Assembly: GCF_018977255.1 (NCBI RefSeq) | Contig: NW_024704742.1 | Location: 90,212,001 to 90,276,000, forward strand | Direction of reading: 5' to 3' | Source: Callorhinchus milii | Taxonomy: Eukaryota | DNA length: 64,000 nucleotides | In this document: piece after piece, positions 62,991 to 64,000 of the stretch | Numbering within the stretch: position 1 is the stretch's first letter | Layout of the letters: the number at the start of each line of letters is the position of its first letter | The notes under the pieces: generated by a model | Database searches by the model: none | What the model saw: only the letters and a program-made list of their open reading frames with translations | What the model was told of the DNA's origin: nothing | Made by a program: the position numbers and the translations under genes

Positions 62991-63675
62991 GCCAAATTGT
63001 TGCTGTGAGCAGTAAATTCCCAAGCTAGAACGGTGATGACACTGTTTATGGGTCCATAGTGAATATCCAGTGTTAGCACATATTTAAAGACAAATCTCTT
63101 GCCAAGTCCCATAGGATGATTCCACCCAAGCCTCGTTTTATGGCTCATGTTCTAAGATTAGGCGACTGCTTCCTGAATGAAATCCAGCCTTATGCTAGTA
63201 ATCTGTCCATTGCAAAAGGTCACGTGTGTAATGGACTAGTATCTTTCCTGCTGTCAGCTATGCTGTACAGTGCCGGCTGCTGAAGGATCAGCCTCAGTCA
63301 CGTGGTCTCTCTGTGTGATCATTCTTCATTAGATAGTTACTTATACAGGGCTCCCACACAAATCGAGGCTCTGTACCTCTCCAGCTATCTCCACTGGGTG
63401 CTCTCAAACATTATTTTAGCAATTCTACTCTTATATTCTCTAGCATCTCTAAAGTGTAGGGCTCGCTACTGCTCAGAATCATATTACATCAGAGATCTCT
63501 ATCTCTCCATACAATGAATAGGATCAAAAATTTCTACACAAAAAGTTAACTCCAGGGGTTAAGATTCTCTTTTAAAGAGTATTTTGTGCATTAAATTGTA
63601 CCATTTCCTTTTCAATCAGCTGGGTGTTTGACACATACAGAAATTCAATACCATGCTAAAGAATCTCCAAACAAA

Positions 63676-63905
63676 ACTACAACAATCAAAACAACTTGCA
63701 TTTATACAGCACCCTTCATGCGGGTAGTGCCTCAGAGAGCTTAACAGTGGTGGAGCCTGACACTGAGCTAGGGAGAGGGGGGAAGTGACCATAGGCATGA
63801 TTAAAAAGGAAGGTCATCAGTGCGATCTGAAGACAGTCAAGGAGGGGCAAAATGGAGGAATTGAAGCAGAGAGTTCAAGAGTTTCAGGGTTTAGTGGTTG
63901 AAAGA
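63676..63905 (-). mobile_element. L2 (tail subtype 2) 3' fragment
   Basis: aacaacttgcatttatacagcacccttcatgcgggtagtgcctcagagagcttaacagtgg matches 16262-16330. Confidence 0.8.
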
Positions 63906-64000
63906 ACAATCCAGCCTTACGGTTGCTTCTTCAAGAACTATTCACACCCACCTCTCAGGTCCGCATAGTTTAGCATAACATCTGGTGGTGCATTTCCACA

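Overview
Vertebrate, repeat-rich, non-coding DNA (large intron or intergenic). The repeat complement points to a cartilaginous fish, possibly a chimaera such as Callorhinchus; this is inference from recalled repeat families. No intact protein-coding gene is supported: every ORF with a recognisable protein motif is a broken LINE fragment. The window holds (i) 5'-truncated L2 LINEs of two tail subtypes, (ii) CR1 LINEs, including a ~3.6 kb decayed copy with ORF1 esterase, endonuclease and RT remnants, (iii) two tRNA-derived SINE families sharing an L2-like 3' tail (SINE-A, SacSINE1/DeuSINE-like; SINE-B, tRNA-Ala-like head), (iv) a hAT-type MITE, and (v) an unidentified A-tailed ~230 bp repeat in four copies. 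Notable structure includes nested insertions with readable target-site duplications, a templated 31-bp insertion in the CR1, a 22-bp minisatellite with palindromic GATA sites, local duplications, and weak minus-strand splice-signal candidates. I did not find a convincing new multi-gene system. Boundaries of degenerate repeats are approximate and were judged by eye.
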